A stretch of 64,000 nucleotides of DNA from NCBI GenBank assembly GCA_951406725.2, contig OX597822.1, forward strand, positions 28,520,001-28,584,000, in the 5' to 3' direction. The first letter of the stretch is position 1. Each line of letters opens with the position of its first letter. This document shows, piece after piece, positions 1 through 11,716 of the stretch. A program made the translations under genes and the position numbers. The notes below the pieces were generated by a model, which ran no database searches, was not told the origin of the DNA, and saw nothing but the letters and a program-made list of their open reading frames with translations. This DNA is from Octopus vulgaris (taxonomy: Eukaryota).

Positions 1-239
1 ATGTATTTTATTTTTTCGAATTTTAAACCTCTGTAACTTTTATCTCCAATTTTTTCTCCACATCATTCCTTCAAGGCAATAATTTTTCACTTCCTTCTAA
101 AAAATGCATAGTTTGCGAATAAAAAAAATTGGATCCGAACTAAGTGTCATAGATATATAGAAGGGTTATGTATTAATGATCATAGGGGTTTGTATTTGGG
201 TGCTATTCGCGGGGAGTGAGCTTACATTTAGATTTATGA

Positions 240-775
240 AAGAATTTAAAAGTACAGAATTTGTGCTTACATGTAGTGAAGGCCTCGTTGTATTTATTAA
301 GCAATTGTGGTGAGTCGTGGGTTAAAATTTTGAGAGCTTCTTTTAAGCAAAGTTCACAACTGAAGTGTTGTCCCTCTATCATAGCTCAGGAAAGTTTATA
401 CTGTATTTTTCTATTAATTAGTTGGTGTCTGTGGCTGGCTAGTGATGTGAAATTGCTATTCTCCTTATATTTAAACGAGTTTAAATGTGCATAATACCTT
501 TGTTTAAAATGGTGCTAGAACCAATGTTGTAGCTACAGGAATTATTTACCATGTTGTGAAATTGCATCGATATACGACGTTGAATCGTCTGCATTGGGCT
601 TGTAGCGAGCAATCTGTCCCGGATCTACAGTTGCAGTTATTGGTTCTACAGTAGTTAATTCGAGAGAAAGATGGGGTACTGCCGGTAAGGGCTAGGATTG
701 TATTAGTTGAATCGATCGTGATATTGCTGCTTTTATTGCTGTCGTTTCTAGTATCGATATCAATTCTAGCGTTAC

Positions 776-817
<42 letters not shown>

Positions 818-852
818 CGTCATCATCATTATCGGCGTCGCTGTTGTAATAT

Positions 853-922
<70 letters not shown>

Positions 923-925
923 TGT

Positions 926-962
<37 letters not shown>

Positions 963-2065
963 GCGGCGGCAGTAGTGATATCATTAGAAGTAGTATTAGT
1001 ATTAGCGGTGGTAGAGGAGGTGATATTAATGATGTTGTTATTACGGTTATTAATAGTTGCGTTAGTGGTTGGAGTGTTAATAATAGTACAGTTTTCAGTA
1101 ACGGTAATATTGCCGTTGGTATTAGTATTAATATTATTTCCATTCCTACTAGTAGTTGAAGTATATGTATTATTAGTTGTAGTGATTATAATTATTATTG
1201 TTAGTCTCAGTGTGCCTATAAATGTTTGCGTCGGTTTCAGGTGTGCGCCCATTACCCTCATAGGTGTGTATTGTATTATGTATGTTTAAGTTGTTTAAAG
1301 TGGTCGGGCCATAGGTATTAGATATGTTATTGTGATCGGTGTTATTGTTTTCATTGTGTAGGTATGTATTTAGATAATAGGAGGTAAGTTCATGTTTATT
1401 ACATGAGGTGATTATAGATTCTGTATTTGGTGTAGATGAATTGGATAATTTCAAAGTGGATCTGTTAAAGATAGAATGATACTTATGATTACGTGGGAAA
1501 TTGGATTCTACTTTTCTAAAAAAAGCTTTAGTAAGGCCCTTTAAAGCGAATGGAGTGTATACCAGAGAATAGATCACCCGCTACTGTTATTAGGGATGTT
1601 AGAGGAGGTGTAAGTTCTAGTGAGTGTTAGAGAGTTGGAAGGTCTAATATAATCATTAGTGTTCGTAGATCGGCTGTTGAGCGTGCGAGTGCTAAGTGGG
1701 CGAAATTGACTGATCGTAGTAAGAGGGAATGGATTTCTATTAAACTTGAGCGCGTTTGTCCACAGCTAAGTTTCGAGAGGTGTTCCTTAAGTCTAGTGTT
1801 GGGTATAAATCTAATCTTCTGGGAGAAACCACTAGCAACTAGAGCTTGGTTATAGTAGTTTTCATAGTTTTCAAGATTTCTTCATTGGCGGATAGATCGG
1901 ATATTCTGATGGATATGCCTTTGATTATGCTCTCAAAATTAGATTTACGGTGACTAGATTCTGTATTGATGTATCTAAGATATTGATTGGGTTTATGATA
2001 TAGGAAGTATAGTGAAGAGTTTAAATCTAATGTAACATATAGAAAATTTGCTGTCCTATAAGAGT
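240..2065 (-). mobile_element. Degenerate Penelope-like retroelement (RT C-terminus, linker, GIY-YIG endonuclease)
   Basis: Minus-strand peptides NFLYVTLDLN..YHKPNQYLRYINTESSH..ISIRISDLS (RT thumb), FPRNHKYHSIFNRSTLKLS..TPN (linker), and NVVYRC..FKQRYYAH..SLASH..CELCLKEA..LLNKYNE..CKH (GIY-YIG); stops and frameshifts present. Confidence 0.8.
776..975. repeat. Compound trinucleotide microsatellite (ATT)n-(AGT)n-(GCA)n
   Basis: Direct reading; explains the poly-I/T/A/L ORFs. Confidence 0.95.
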
Positions 2066-2949
2066 TTTCGAAACAGCTGTAAGATCTTGAATTTCTTCCC
2101 ATAGTAATATTATATATGACTTGAAATGTTTGCCTTGCCTTAATGTTTGCTGTCCTGTTTAACAATTATATATCTGCTGCATCGGAAATCCATAACTACC
2201 GTCTCGGCTATAATCTTAGAGCCCCAGTAATCCGTTACATCGCTTACCTAGCGTATCTAATCGTTTAGATCACCTCTAAACTAACCACCCCCATACTTTG
2301 CGTGTATGTATGTATGTATGTATATATATATATATAAATTCTTCTCCCTCTTTCTCTCTTTTTCTCACTTGTGTATTTATATATGTAGACATACATACGC
2401 ACAAACACACACATACACGTTCTATACTACTTTATAAAGAGGGTGCGCCACTTCTTATGCATCGTAATATAAGCGACTGTATAATATGTATATTCACAAA
2501 CATATATGTATATACACACATATACATAAACACACTCATAAATATGAAGACATTAAATGAAGTGCTACAGGTGTTTTTTTTTTCAATATAACACTTACTC
2601 ATATAACACAATAACGCACTGATTTCACAACTGAGGGCATTCATTGATTTCCATGAAAATTGTTCTTTGTATACGAATGGATATATCTTAACATTATGAC
2701 TTTTACATTAACGACTGTTTTACACACCTGGTAACCTATATCCACCTAATTGTTTTAATATTTTTAGATGTTATTCATCTTTATTTTGGTTTTTCATGTA
2801 AACCTTTCCAGTGTATTCAATATGTTTTCCTTTTGTTCCCGCTGTTGGTGGTTTTATTGTGCGAAACTTTATATTAAATATTGCTTGTGGTTTTGTTGTG
2901 TTATATTTGATATTAAATATTGGTTCGATGATTAGTTGTGATTAAAAAG

Positions 2950-3780
2950 AAACTCTCTCATGACGTTCGCGAGAATCAAATTGAAAACACGGAAGGAGCG
3001 GTTTTATTATAATGAAGAAAGAACGAGAAAATCACAGCTTCATGACAGTGACGTATTTCGTCTCATAAAATAACAAGAAGGATGATGATCAAAACGTCTC
3101 CGTCATGAGCGATAATATGAAATAAGGTAAGATTGTAGATACGTTTTTTCTAATTCTTTCTCCATCACATTCTACCCAGCGATGCTGTTTTGTAGAGGGA
3201 CTTACTCTATGAACGAGATACCAATGTATCACAAGCGTTCCCACTAAGATCTAATAGTATTTTAGACTTTCTCAGCCTTTAGCCATCACCTTTAATCCTA
3301 CAATATAATATTTATGCATAAACTCTATACTCCTATGATTTCATTTAAACTGTATACCTTCTAATGATTATATACTTTATACTCTATACATATATGGAGC
3401 CAGAATCTAATATATGATCTAATATGCCTTGGTATAATTGCAAAATATTGTGCTTCGGAAAAGAAATTATTTATAAATAAGCAGTCATAATAAAATTGGG
3501 GTATCTTTTATGAAGTACAAATCTGTAAAGTATTAGTGAACGATAAATTTAACATGCCGTTAACGATCACTATAATATAGTATCTATATATAACTATACA
3601 TCTGTTTTATTATTTAACTCAATATATAATCTAGAAGTTATATTTCTTTATATTGTATACATAGACGAAACTAAAACCAAAGGTTTTCTTTCATATCCCA
3701 TGGTATAATTGTAATGTATTTTACTTTGAATAGTGATAATTTATATAAAGGCGAAAATAATAAAATCAGAGTGATCATCT
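2950..3780 (+). repeat. Non-coding block duplicated at about 13780-14460; contains candidate donor AAG|GTAAGA at 3127
   Basis: GCGAGAATCAAATTGAAA..AAAGAACGAGAAAA and CATGGTATAATTGTAAT are shared by both copies. Confidence 0.7.
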
Positions 3781-4203
3781 TTCTTTTCTTTCGGGGCTGT
3801 CCTTAAGACTGAGCGTAACCTACCTACCTCTCTTTTCTATCTTTTCTCTTGTCCAAGAAAATATTTCTCTAGCATTCGCTATTTTACACTCATTCTGGTC
3901 TAACGACCCTCCATGTTTGTTTTCGTTCAGTTTCCTTGCATGTCTCACCTGTCTGGTTTTTGTTCCCAACTTTGGCCCTCCATAAATCCCAAATTTTATT
4001 TTGGTATTTGTGGGAGCGACAGCCTTCGAAGACTCATATTGTCGTTCAATGCTCGAAATAAGGAGTAGATATACAGCCGACAACTGATGAAGGGTCGTTG
4101 TTTATGTTACTTGTCCTGTTTTCCATTAGTTTCTCTTTTTGTTTGCGTATTAAACTTATCTGCTTTTGTATAAGATCTTGTTTACTGTTGGCAGCGTCCT
4201 GTA

Positions 4204-4312
<109 letters not shown>

Positions 4313-4439
4313 GTGTGTACATTATGTATGTATGCATGTATGTAAGTATGTATGTTTGTATATAGATATATTTGTATATAGATATATATTGTTTATTATT
4401 TGATTGAACGCCACGCATCCATTCCAAGTAAGGTTATCT

Positions 4440-5890
4440 TATATAGGGGGGAGTAAGGAGAAAATAAGCGAAAATGGACATTGGAAATCAAAAAAGTAAA
4501 GGCTTTTTATGAAAAGTAACGATAGATATATACAATTAAATGAACTAAGGTAGGAATAAAAGTAAAAAAAGTCATTATTGTGAATTGTTAAAGAGATTCA
4601 AAAGTATACCGGTTTCGTAAAATTACTAATCATTGCTTTGAATACACACCGATTACTGAACGGTGTCAGGTCTACTAGTCCCTGAGTAAAACGATTATGT
4701 CTAAGGTACGTAAGTAGTTCTGGATTTGGTGCAATTAGGGTAGATATAGATCTGTAATGTGAATGGCGTGTGGGATGTATGGGCGTTAGTGGTATTAATT
4801 AAAAGGTTAGTAGTGTTCTGTATTATGTTATGTGTCCATATTGAGTTGTGGAAGATATTTATTGATGAAAGTTGCCTCTTTATTCATTCTTTATTGTACT
4901 GGGGTTTTCTGTGAACATTGACAGAAGGGGAAACATTAGGAAATTAGGAATAAGATTCCTAGCACACTTTTCTATGTGTTCACTGATCTGTATCTGTCTG
5001 TATTGTGGGTTGTGAATTTGTTCTTTGTAGAGAGTGGTTCTTCGATGGAGTGATATTCCTATTTGGCCAATATAATTATTACCACACCCTAAGCATGTAA
5101 TGGCATAGTTTAGATTTTCCGAGGCACAGGTGAAATTTGATTTAATCTTAAATATTTCACCTTGTTTAAAGTGGAACTCTAAACCCTCCAGTGGGTAGGG
5201 ACATGTACCACAGTTAGGTCGACCATATTTTTTACTTTTGGTTCTGTTATTAAGGGATATAGGTCTTGCTCTGGTTAATATTTTTTCAATGATTTAGGTT
5301 GCATTTTGCTTTTGATAATTCTGTGTGAGCCTAACATTTTGTTCATTGTTTTATCTCCTGTGAGGATGGGTAGATTTTAGATGATAATGTTGAAGGCTTC
5401 GTTGTTTCTAGGGTTATGTGTGGAGATGTATGGGAGTTTTTTTAAGTCGGGTTTAGTATTTCGGTTGACTTCCCTTAATGTTCGTATATCTGTTTCCTTA
5501 GCACGTTTAATGCCATCATTTATTAATATTGGGTGATGTCTTTTGATTAGTATTGATCTGAGTTCAAGGAGTCTTCGTTCACGGGTATAGGTATCCGAAA
5601 CTATGGTACAGATTCTTTTCGCTAGATTATAAGGTATATTAATTTTTATGTGATTGGGGTGGCATAAGTTGAATAATAGGTATTGTTTAGAATCTGTGGG
5701 TTTTTAGAAGATGTCTGTTTCGATGGAGTTATTGACCATTTTAATTAGTATGTCAAGAAAAGGGAGTTATTTACTGCTGTGCTCCATGGTGGATTGTATA
5801 TTGCTATTAATATTGTTAAGCATTATTTTGAAATCGAGGAGTTTGTCCATGTTGTCTTTCCAAAGTATAAAGCAATCGTCCAAATACCTC
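4440..5890 (-). mobile_element. Degenerate Penelope-like retroelement (RT with YLDD, GIY-YIG and 3' repeat)
   Basis: Minus-strand RYLDDCFILW..LPFLDILI..PTDSKQYL..HPNHIKINIPYNLAKRICTIVSD, then NNYIGQ..SEHIEKC..KEATFINKYLPQLN; stops present. Confidence 0.85.
4601..4639 (-). ncRNA. Candidate minimal hammerhead ribozyme variant (core AUGAUUA)
   Basis: AAAGCA-ATGATTA-GTAATTTTAC-GAAAC-CG-GTA-TACTTT, in the 3' region of a Penelope-like element. Confidence 0.4.
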
Positions 5891-7269
5891 TTCCTGTTCT
5901 CCTTTAAATAGCAGTGAAATGAGGTGCCATATTTTTGTAGTGACGATTGATATATTTATTTTTAGCTCTATGTAACCCATTACAAGGTTCGCAATCACTG
6001 GAACTGTGCAATCAGGAGCTGTGAGCATATACATGACATCTATTTGACGCCAATGAGCCTCAACACTATCACTTTTCACCTTAGTATGTATGTGTTGTCG
6101 GATTAGAAGACAGAAGTTATTGTTCAACCTCAACTTTTCTGGTTTGATGTTTGTTTAAAGAAATGTGAGCAATACGAGAACCCCTACTGCTTAGAATTCT
6201 TGAGGAGAACGATTTACTTAGAGAAGGCTAAACGTGTGAAAATTATAATGATAATTTTAGGACAAGAAGGAATGTGTGTATTGTACGCAACTCGCAAGCT
6301 CAGAGAAGCGGTTACCGTCTTAGGTTTGGTATAATAGAAAAAAACAAGCATCTATGGGCTACTAGATACAACATGCTAGTGAGTAAGCCATTAACAACTA
6401 TCGAATTGGATCTCATGAGAGATACGGTCTAGGATAATTTAGAAGCATATATCCATTTAGGGACACAGAGTTTCTTTTATAGGGTCTAAAATTGAAGGTT
6501 GCTACGTCTAAGTGATCAGAGGTGAACTATTTTCTCTCTTACATAAAAAGAAGTAAACATTTCACATTTCAAATTTAACATATCGCAGATTGTTACATTC
6601 AGTTAAACTACAATTGAATGTCATCGATATATTAAATATTTAGCAGAATAGGATATTAACTTCTAAAATATTATTCCTAACAATTAAATTTCATTTGCTT
6701 TCGATCTCTGGTCTCTATTTTGAGTCTCTGATCTCTCCTTTGGGTCTCTGGTCTCTTGTCCTACACTATATTTGTGAGACTTGGGGACTGTCCGGGATCC
6801 TTAGTAGTGGCCTGAACCCCTTTTGTACCAGGATGATCAACAGCATGATATGCTACCAACCAGCAACTCTACTCATAAAATGGAACCCGTCATGTTACTC
6901 GTATGATTTGGAAGTGCTAACGCGGACTATTTGGCCATGTTTATTGAATTTCCGATTTAGACACTGCTTATCATGTTCTCTTCACTGAGGATCCGGCTGG
7001 GTTGACGGTTCATGTTGGTCAGCCACAAGCTACAAGGTCACCGAGGATGAGGAAGTATCTCGCGGAGATGGAGACTGACTTGAACTCTACCCGACGGGTT
7101 ATCCAGGAGGGCCCTTAAATAAACCAACAAATGGTGAATGTAGCAAAATGCTGCAACGACGCAGCTCCCCATCAGATCTCACCAGCATATACTGAACACA
7201 TGTACGTGCTCGTGTGCCTGAATTAGTATGGGTGCCTACACATGTGCCTGTCTTTACGATAATGTGTGT

Positions 7270-7293
7270 AATTTTATACTTCTTATGTTACAG
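7270..7293 (+). promoter_or_regulatory. Probable splice acceptor opening the coding exon of receptor 1
   Basis: tacttcttatgttacag|ATAGCC..CATCTTCG, homologous to ttcttttgcag|AT..TATCT(T/A)CG upstream of the other three paralogs. Confidence 0.6.
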
Positions 7294-7551
7294 ATAGCCG
7301 TATCATCTTCGAATACAGAGCTCCATTTAGGAACAAAAACATTTCGTATTGTTTCCATTACAAGAGAGCTGGAATACAAGAGTTATTAACTGTAATCCTG
7401 AATGGCGTTAACATGTAGAATGAAATGTGGAAACCGAAAGATAAGTACTTTCTATCATTCAGGTAACAGTTAAACTTCAAAAATACATATCGGGTCTCTT
7501 GTTTGAATTAAAGAGTCAGTTATTCCAATGTAAATTATATATTTTTAAAAA

Positions 7552-9594
7552 ATGGAAACTTTTATTCTGATGTGCGTGCTTTCTTTTCTATTGTTCTTAA
7601 ATATTGTATCACATGCCACAGACTTCAACAACTGCAGCCCAGGTTTGTGTTCTGATCCTCCTGCATATGGCGTACCTGAACGTTGTTCGTGCCGCCCGGA
7701 CTGCTACCTCTACAATGAATGCTGTTCTGACAAGATTAATAAAACCACTTCTGATCACAAACAACCCTATCCATCAATATATTACAGTTGTAGAAAGCTT
7801 AGTGATTCATATTATTATCAGTTTGATCGTTGTCCACCTAACCATGATATTACAGAGTATGTGAACAAGTGTGAAAATCCTGACTCAGATGACCAACTAC
7901 AAAATATACCCGCTTTTGGTAAAACTAGTAAAAGATTATTTAGGAACCTATATTGTTCTTTGTGTCATGGAGAGGAATTCATTCTTTGGAATCTTTTATA
8001 TGAATGCAACTTCATCCTTTCTCCAAGCATTGAAAATATATCAAATTATGTCAATGATGGAATATGTACACCAACTCTGAAGCTTCCTTCAGAAGATTTA
8101 GAGAAAAATTTGTATTCCTGTATTCCATATATTTCGAATTGTCCTCAAGATAACAATAGTACGGAACAAAGAATCGCATGTGAATCCGAGGCCATGGCAT
8201 TAATATATTTAGATGAGGAAAAATATTTCATACATACTAAATATAAAGATTATTACTTTTACAAAAACAGAGGTTGTGCCACATGCAACGGGGTTTTTGA
8301 AGTACCGTGTAAATTATTTTATTTTGAAATGCTCGCAAGTCATGTTATTCCACCATTAACGATCCTCTTCAATTATCATACAAAATCCATAACGATAACG
8401 GGTGAACACATCGAAACGGAACATACGCTTCTGCAGTTACCATCGTGTCCAAAACACGCAGTCTACGATATGAATACTAAGGAATGTCGACAAGTTATCT
8501 ACAATCCTCAACTAAACTGTACGATAACAAGATTAAATGAATCTGAGTATCATATTACAAGCGATGGTCTCCTGTATATAAATAAAACTCAACGTTTTCT
8601 AAACCAATCAGAATTCACTCGTGATTCTCAAGGTATAATAAGTATCTGTGTAAACAATGGTACCAATAATATATCAAATATCAATGGTGTATCAAAATAC
8701 TCCATTGTTGAGGGCTATATCACTTTAGTAGGACTAGTAATCTCTATTCCAGCTCTAGCAATCACTATTATAGTCTATCTCTGTATACCTGATCTCCGTA
8801 CCTTACCAGGTAAATTACTCATTAGTCTTTTATCAGCATTGTTTGCAGCTGAGCTTCTCTTTCTTATCTCATCACAAGCCACTACATCTACAGCTCTGTG
8901 TACATCTTTAGCTATAGTGATACATTATTCGTTTCTAGCGACTTTCTTCTGGATGAATGTCATGTCATTTGATGCGTGGTACACTTTTTCGGGATTCACA
9001 CAGCTTCGGAGTAAAGGAAAAGGTACCAAGAGACTTGTATTATATTCTTTGTATGGTTGGATCTGTCCACTTGTAATAGTAACAGTATCACTGATATTTG
9101 AGTATATTCCTGGAAATCATGGACTTTCCCCAGAATATGGAAATGGTATTTGCTGGATTAAAAATGGAAAAGGTCTACTGTGGCTCTTTGCAATCCCTGT
9201 AATGATTATTTTATGTCTTAATTTCGTAGCATTTATCCTCACCACTAGAGGGCTTTATATGGCCAGCAAATTATCTTCAAAATATTTATCGAAACATAGC
9301 AGAAATGAATTTTTTATTTGCCTAAAACTATATCTTGTTATGGGACTAACATGGACATTCGCATTTCTGTATACGTTTACAAGAATTGAAGAATTTTCTC
9401 TATTATTTTGTATTTTAAATTCTTTTGTTGGATTATTTATTTGTGTATCGTTTCTATCAACAAAAATTGTTCATCGCAGTATTCTTCGTAATTTGCACAA
9501 AATTGCAAGATTGCCTACAAAAGAATTTACTGATGTTTCTTCTGCTCCTAAGACAATATCAACGGATGTATCAGCTGAAAGGTCAGTTAACTAA
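7552..9594 (+). CDS. Family-B (secretin-class) Methuselah-like GPCR with SMB-like/Cys-rich ectodomain, 680 aa (receptor 1)
   Basis: Uninterrupted ORF; hydrophobic signal peptide; CSCRPDCYLYNECCSD (somatomedin-B-like); Cys-rich ectodomain; seven hydrophobic helices with LRTLPGK, HYSFLATFFWMNVMSFD, YG..ICWI and MGLTW motifs; no GPS motif seen. Confidence 0.93.
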   Translation: METFILMCVLSFLLFLNIVSHATDFNNCSPGLCSDPPAYGVPERCSCRPDCYLYNECCSDKINKTTSDHKQPYPSIYYSCRKLSDSYYYQFDRCPPNHDITEYVNKCENPDSDDQLQNIPAFGKTSKRLFRNLYCSLCHGEEFILWNLLYECNFILSPSIENISNYVNDGICTPTLKLPSEDLEKNLYSCIPYISNCPQDNNSTEQRIACESEAMALIYLDEEKYFIHTKYKDYYFYKNRGCATCNGVFEVPCKLFYFEMLASHVIPPLTILFNYHTKSITITGEHIETEHTLLQLPSCPKHAVYDMNTKECRQVIYNPQLNCTITRLNESEYHITSDGLLYINKTQRFLNQSEFTRDSQGIISICVNNGTNNISNINGVSKYSIVEGYITLVGLVISIPALAITIIVYLCIPDLRTLPGKLLISLLSALFAAELLFLISSQATTSTALCTSLAIVIHYSFLATFFWMNVMSFDAWYTFSGFTQLRSKGKGTKRLVLYSLYGWICPLVIVTVSLIFEYIPGNHGLSPEYGNGICWIKNGKGLLWLFAIPVMIILCLNFVAFILTTRGLYMASKLSSKYLSKHSRNEFFICLKLYLVMGLTWTFAFLYTFTRIEEFSLLFCILNSFVGLFICVSFLSTKIVHRSILRNLHKIARLPTKEFTDVSSAPKTISTDVSAERSVN

Positions 9595-10337
9595 AATCTC
9601 AGATGCCCTGATGGAAAAAAAACCCACATGGAGGATATAGAGGTTCTCCCTCATATCCATTAGTGCTGATAGAAATAACAACGAAATTTTCATGAAGTAA
9701 TACCTTCGTAAAGAGAAGGAAATACGATTTTAAATAAACCATTGTTTGAAAAGAGGTCGGGATGATCAACGTTGGAATACTTGTGGCTGTGGATCCCGCT
9801 CATCGCGCTGAACTGTTGCTAAACGTTAACAACAGTAGCAATCGACTTTAAAAATCCTTAGTGCGAACAGCATTTAATGATATTTCTTTTGCTCCGGTAC
9901 CAATGTCTTTTCACGTATGTCATACATTTTTCAAATGGACAAAAATCAAGAGTATATTTCTCTCAGGAACGTTCAGATATCCTCTCTCAGTCCAACTGGT
10001 CATTGAAGTATTTTGATTTTCATGTTGATGTTTAAATGTTCAACAACTGTTTCTGCAAGATACTTATTGTTCGTCACTTAGCTGTGATTGTTATGTCAAG
10101 CAAGTTAGCTACATCATTTTCCCACTGACCCTGTATTGAAGGAAACATGGAATGTTATGATGACATGTGTATCGTTATGTATATGAATATATATATTTAT
10201 AATATTAAATGTAGATAGATAGATACATACATGACAATTTAAAAATGATAACAGGATCAATAATATAGGTGATTGCAGCCCCCCCCCCCCCCTCCCAACA
10301 AAAAAGCATTAAATAGCTGAATGATTAACATTAATCT

Positions 10338-10624
10338 AAGGACATACTGAGTATGTCTACCTGCTGGAAATAACAGACAAAACTCTTATTTAACTTACCA
10401 AAATACACTGATAATAACTACAAAAATCAACAGTCCGAAGGAAAACGTGCTAAGACAATCTCTCAGCATACATTTAAGTATTTGGACTCACATGGACCAG
10501 TTTCTGGACAGGCGTAATTGCCTTAGGAAGGCTGATTTCTATAGTTATTATCGGTGTATTTTGGCGATTTAACTAAGAGTTTTGACTGTTATTTCCAGCA
10601 GGTAAATATACTTGGTATGTCCTA
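10338..10624. mobile_element. MITE-like element with long terminal inverted repeats (about 85 bp)
   Basis: GGACATAC..TACCTGCTGGAAATAACAG..AAACTCTTA..CCAAAATACAC.GATAATAACTA is mirrored at about 10541-10624. Confidence 0.75.
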
Positions 10625-11654
10625 TGGCGTTATTTGACGTTGTTGAAAAGCTAGTGACTTTGTACCCAGAACAGTGGCCTTTAACCTCCTAAAGCGATAA
10701 AAACTAGAGACGGAGTTCTTTCTGTACCAAAAGCAAGGCGCGCTCGCGCGCACACATACACACATGCACAAACAGAACTATGTGTGTGTGTATGTATGTG
10801 TATGTATCTATCTATATACATATATAGGGATACAGATATTGTTTGCTCACTGTCACTAAGCATCTCAATTATTCAGTTGTAACTAGTTTGTGATCGAGGT
10901 ATTTTATTTTGTAAGGTACTATTTTCTCTTGAATTTATGATTTCAGAGAAAGCTAAGAAATTCTTCATATTTTGCGTCTTTGGCATTTTAACTTTACAAT
11001 TTGAATTGAAGTATTGTCTATCCAATCGAAATATTGCAACAGCCAACAGTGAAATATAGAATTTTTAAAAAGGCTCTTTCTACTGTTATCAAGTCATTGA
11101 GGAACATTTACGTCTATTTTTCAAAAATATATAATTTGAAATAGTTTGCCTTTGTTTTTGACTGAAAATTTTTTGCAATTTAATGTTCTTGAATAAACTT
11201 CATTGCATACAAAAGCTGAGACAAATATACTTCACAGTTGTTATTTTGAAATGCTTGTCTTCTGATATTTGTGATTTCATTCAATAAATATTGAACCCTA
11301 TTAAATATTGTTCTTCCTAAATATGAAATAATACGATAGTTCCAGCCCTAAATAGCTTTTTTAGGACTGTTTCTAATCTCATCTCGTCAGTATATTTACA
11401 TTTTTGTCTATATTTTCAACTGTTGCAATGCATTATACTTCACCCGTTGCTAGTTGTATTCGTCCAAATAAGTTTTTAAAATATATTTCTTTAAATACAA
11501 TAACAATCAATATTTCCTACGAAGATTGAAAAGTTCCTTTGTGATTTCGCATTGTAAATGCATTAAATTGATCATTTATTTATTAATTCGATCTTTTAAC
11601 AAAATTTGCAATTTACCGTATCAGCAGAAAAGTGTCCTTTGCTCCCTTACTACA

Positions 11655-11716
11655 TTAAGAACTGCCACTAAGCATTTTGCCCGGCGTGCTAATGATTCTA
11701 CTAGCTCGCCGTCTTC
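11655..11716 (-). mobile_element. SINE family B, 5' fragment
   Basis: Reverse complement of the GGCGAGCT.G.AGAATC.TTAGCACGCCGGGC head also seen at 21591, 31304 and 31657. Confidence 0.7.

Noticed and set aside
6695-7200. GC-richer stretch with a 97-aa ORF upstream of receptor 1
   Set aside because: No recognisable motif; probably an unidentified TE fragment, which cannot be supported
7604-8080. Alternate-frame ORFs recurring in each receptor (also 24191-24667, 61202-61426) and antisense ORFs such as 22600-23046
   Set aside because: Shadows of the paralogous receptor CDS; recurrence follows from nucleotide similarity
8640-8720. Classical adhesion-GPCR GAIN/GPS cleavage site before TM1
   Set aside because: No CxCxHL(T/S) motif; the stalk is a short Asn-rich segment
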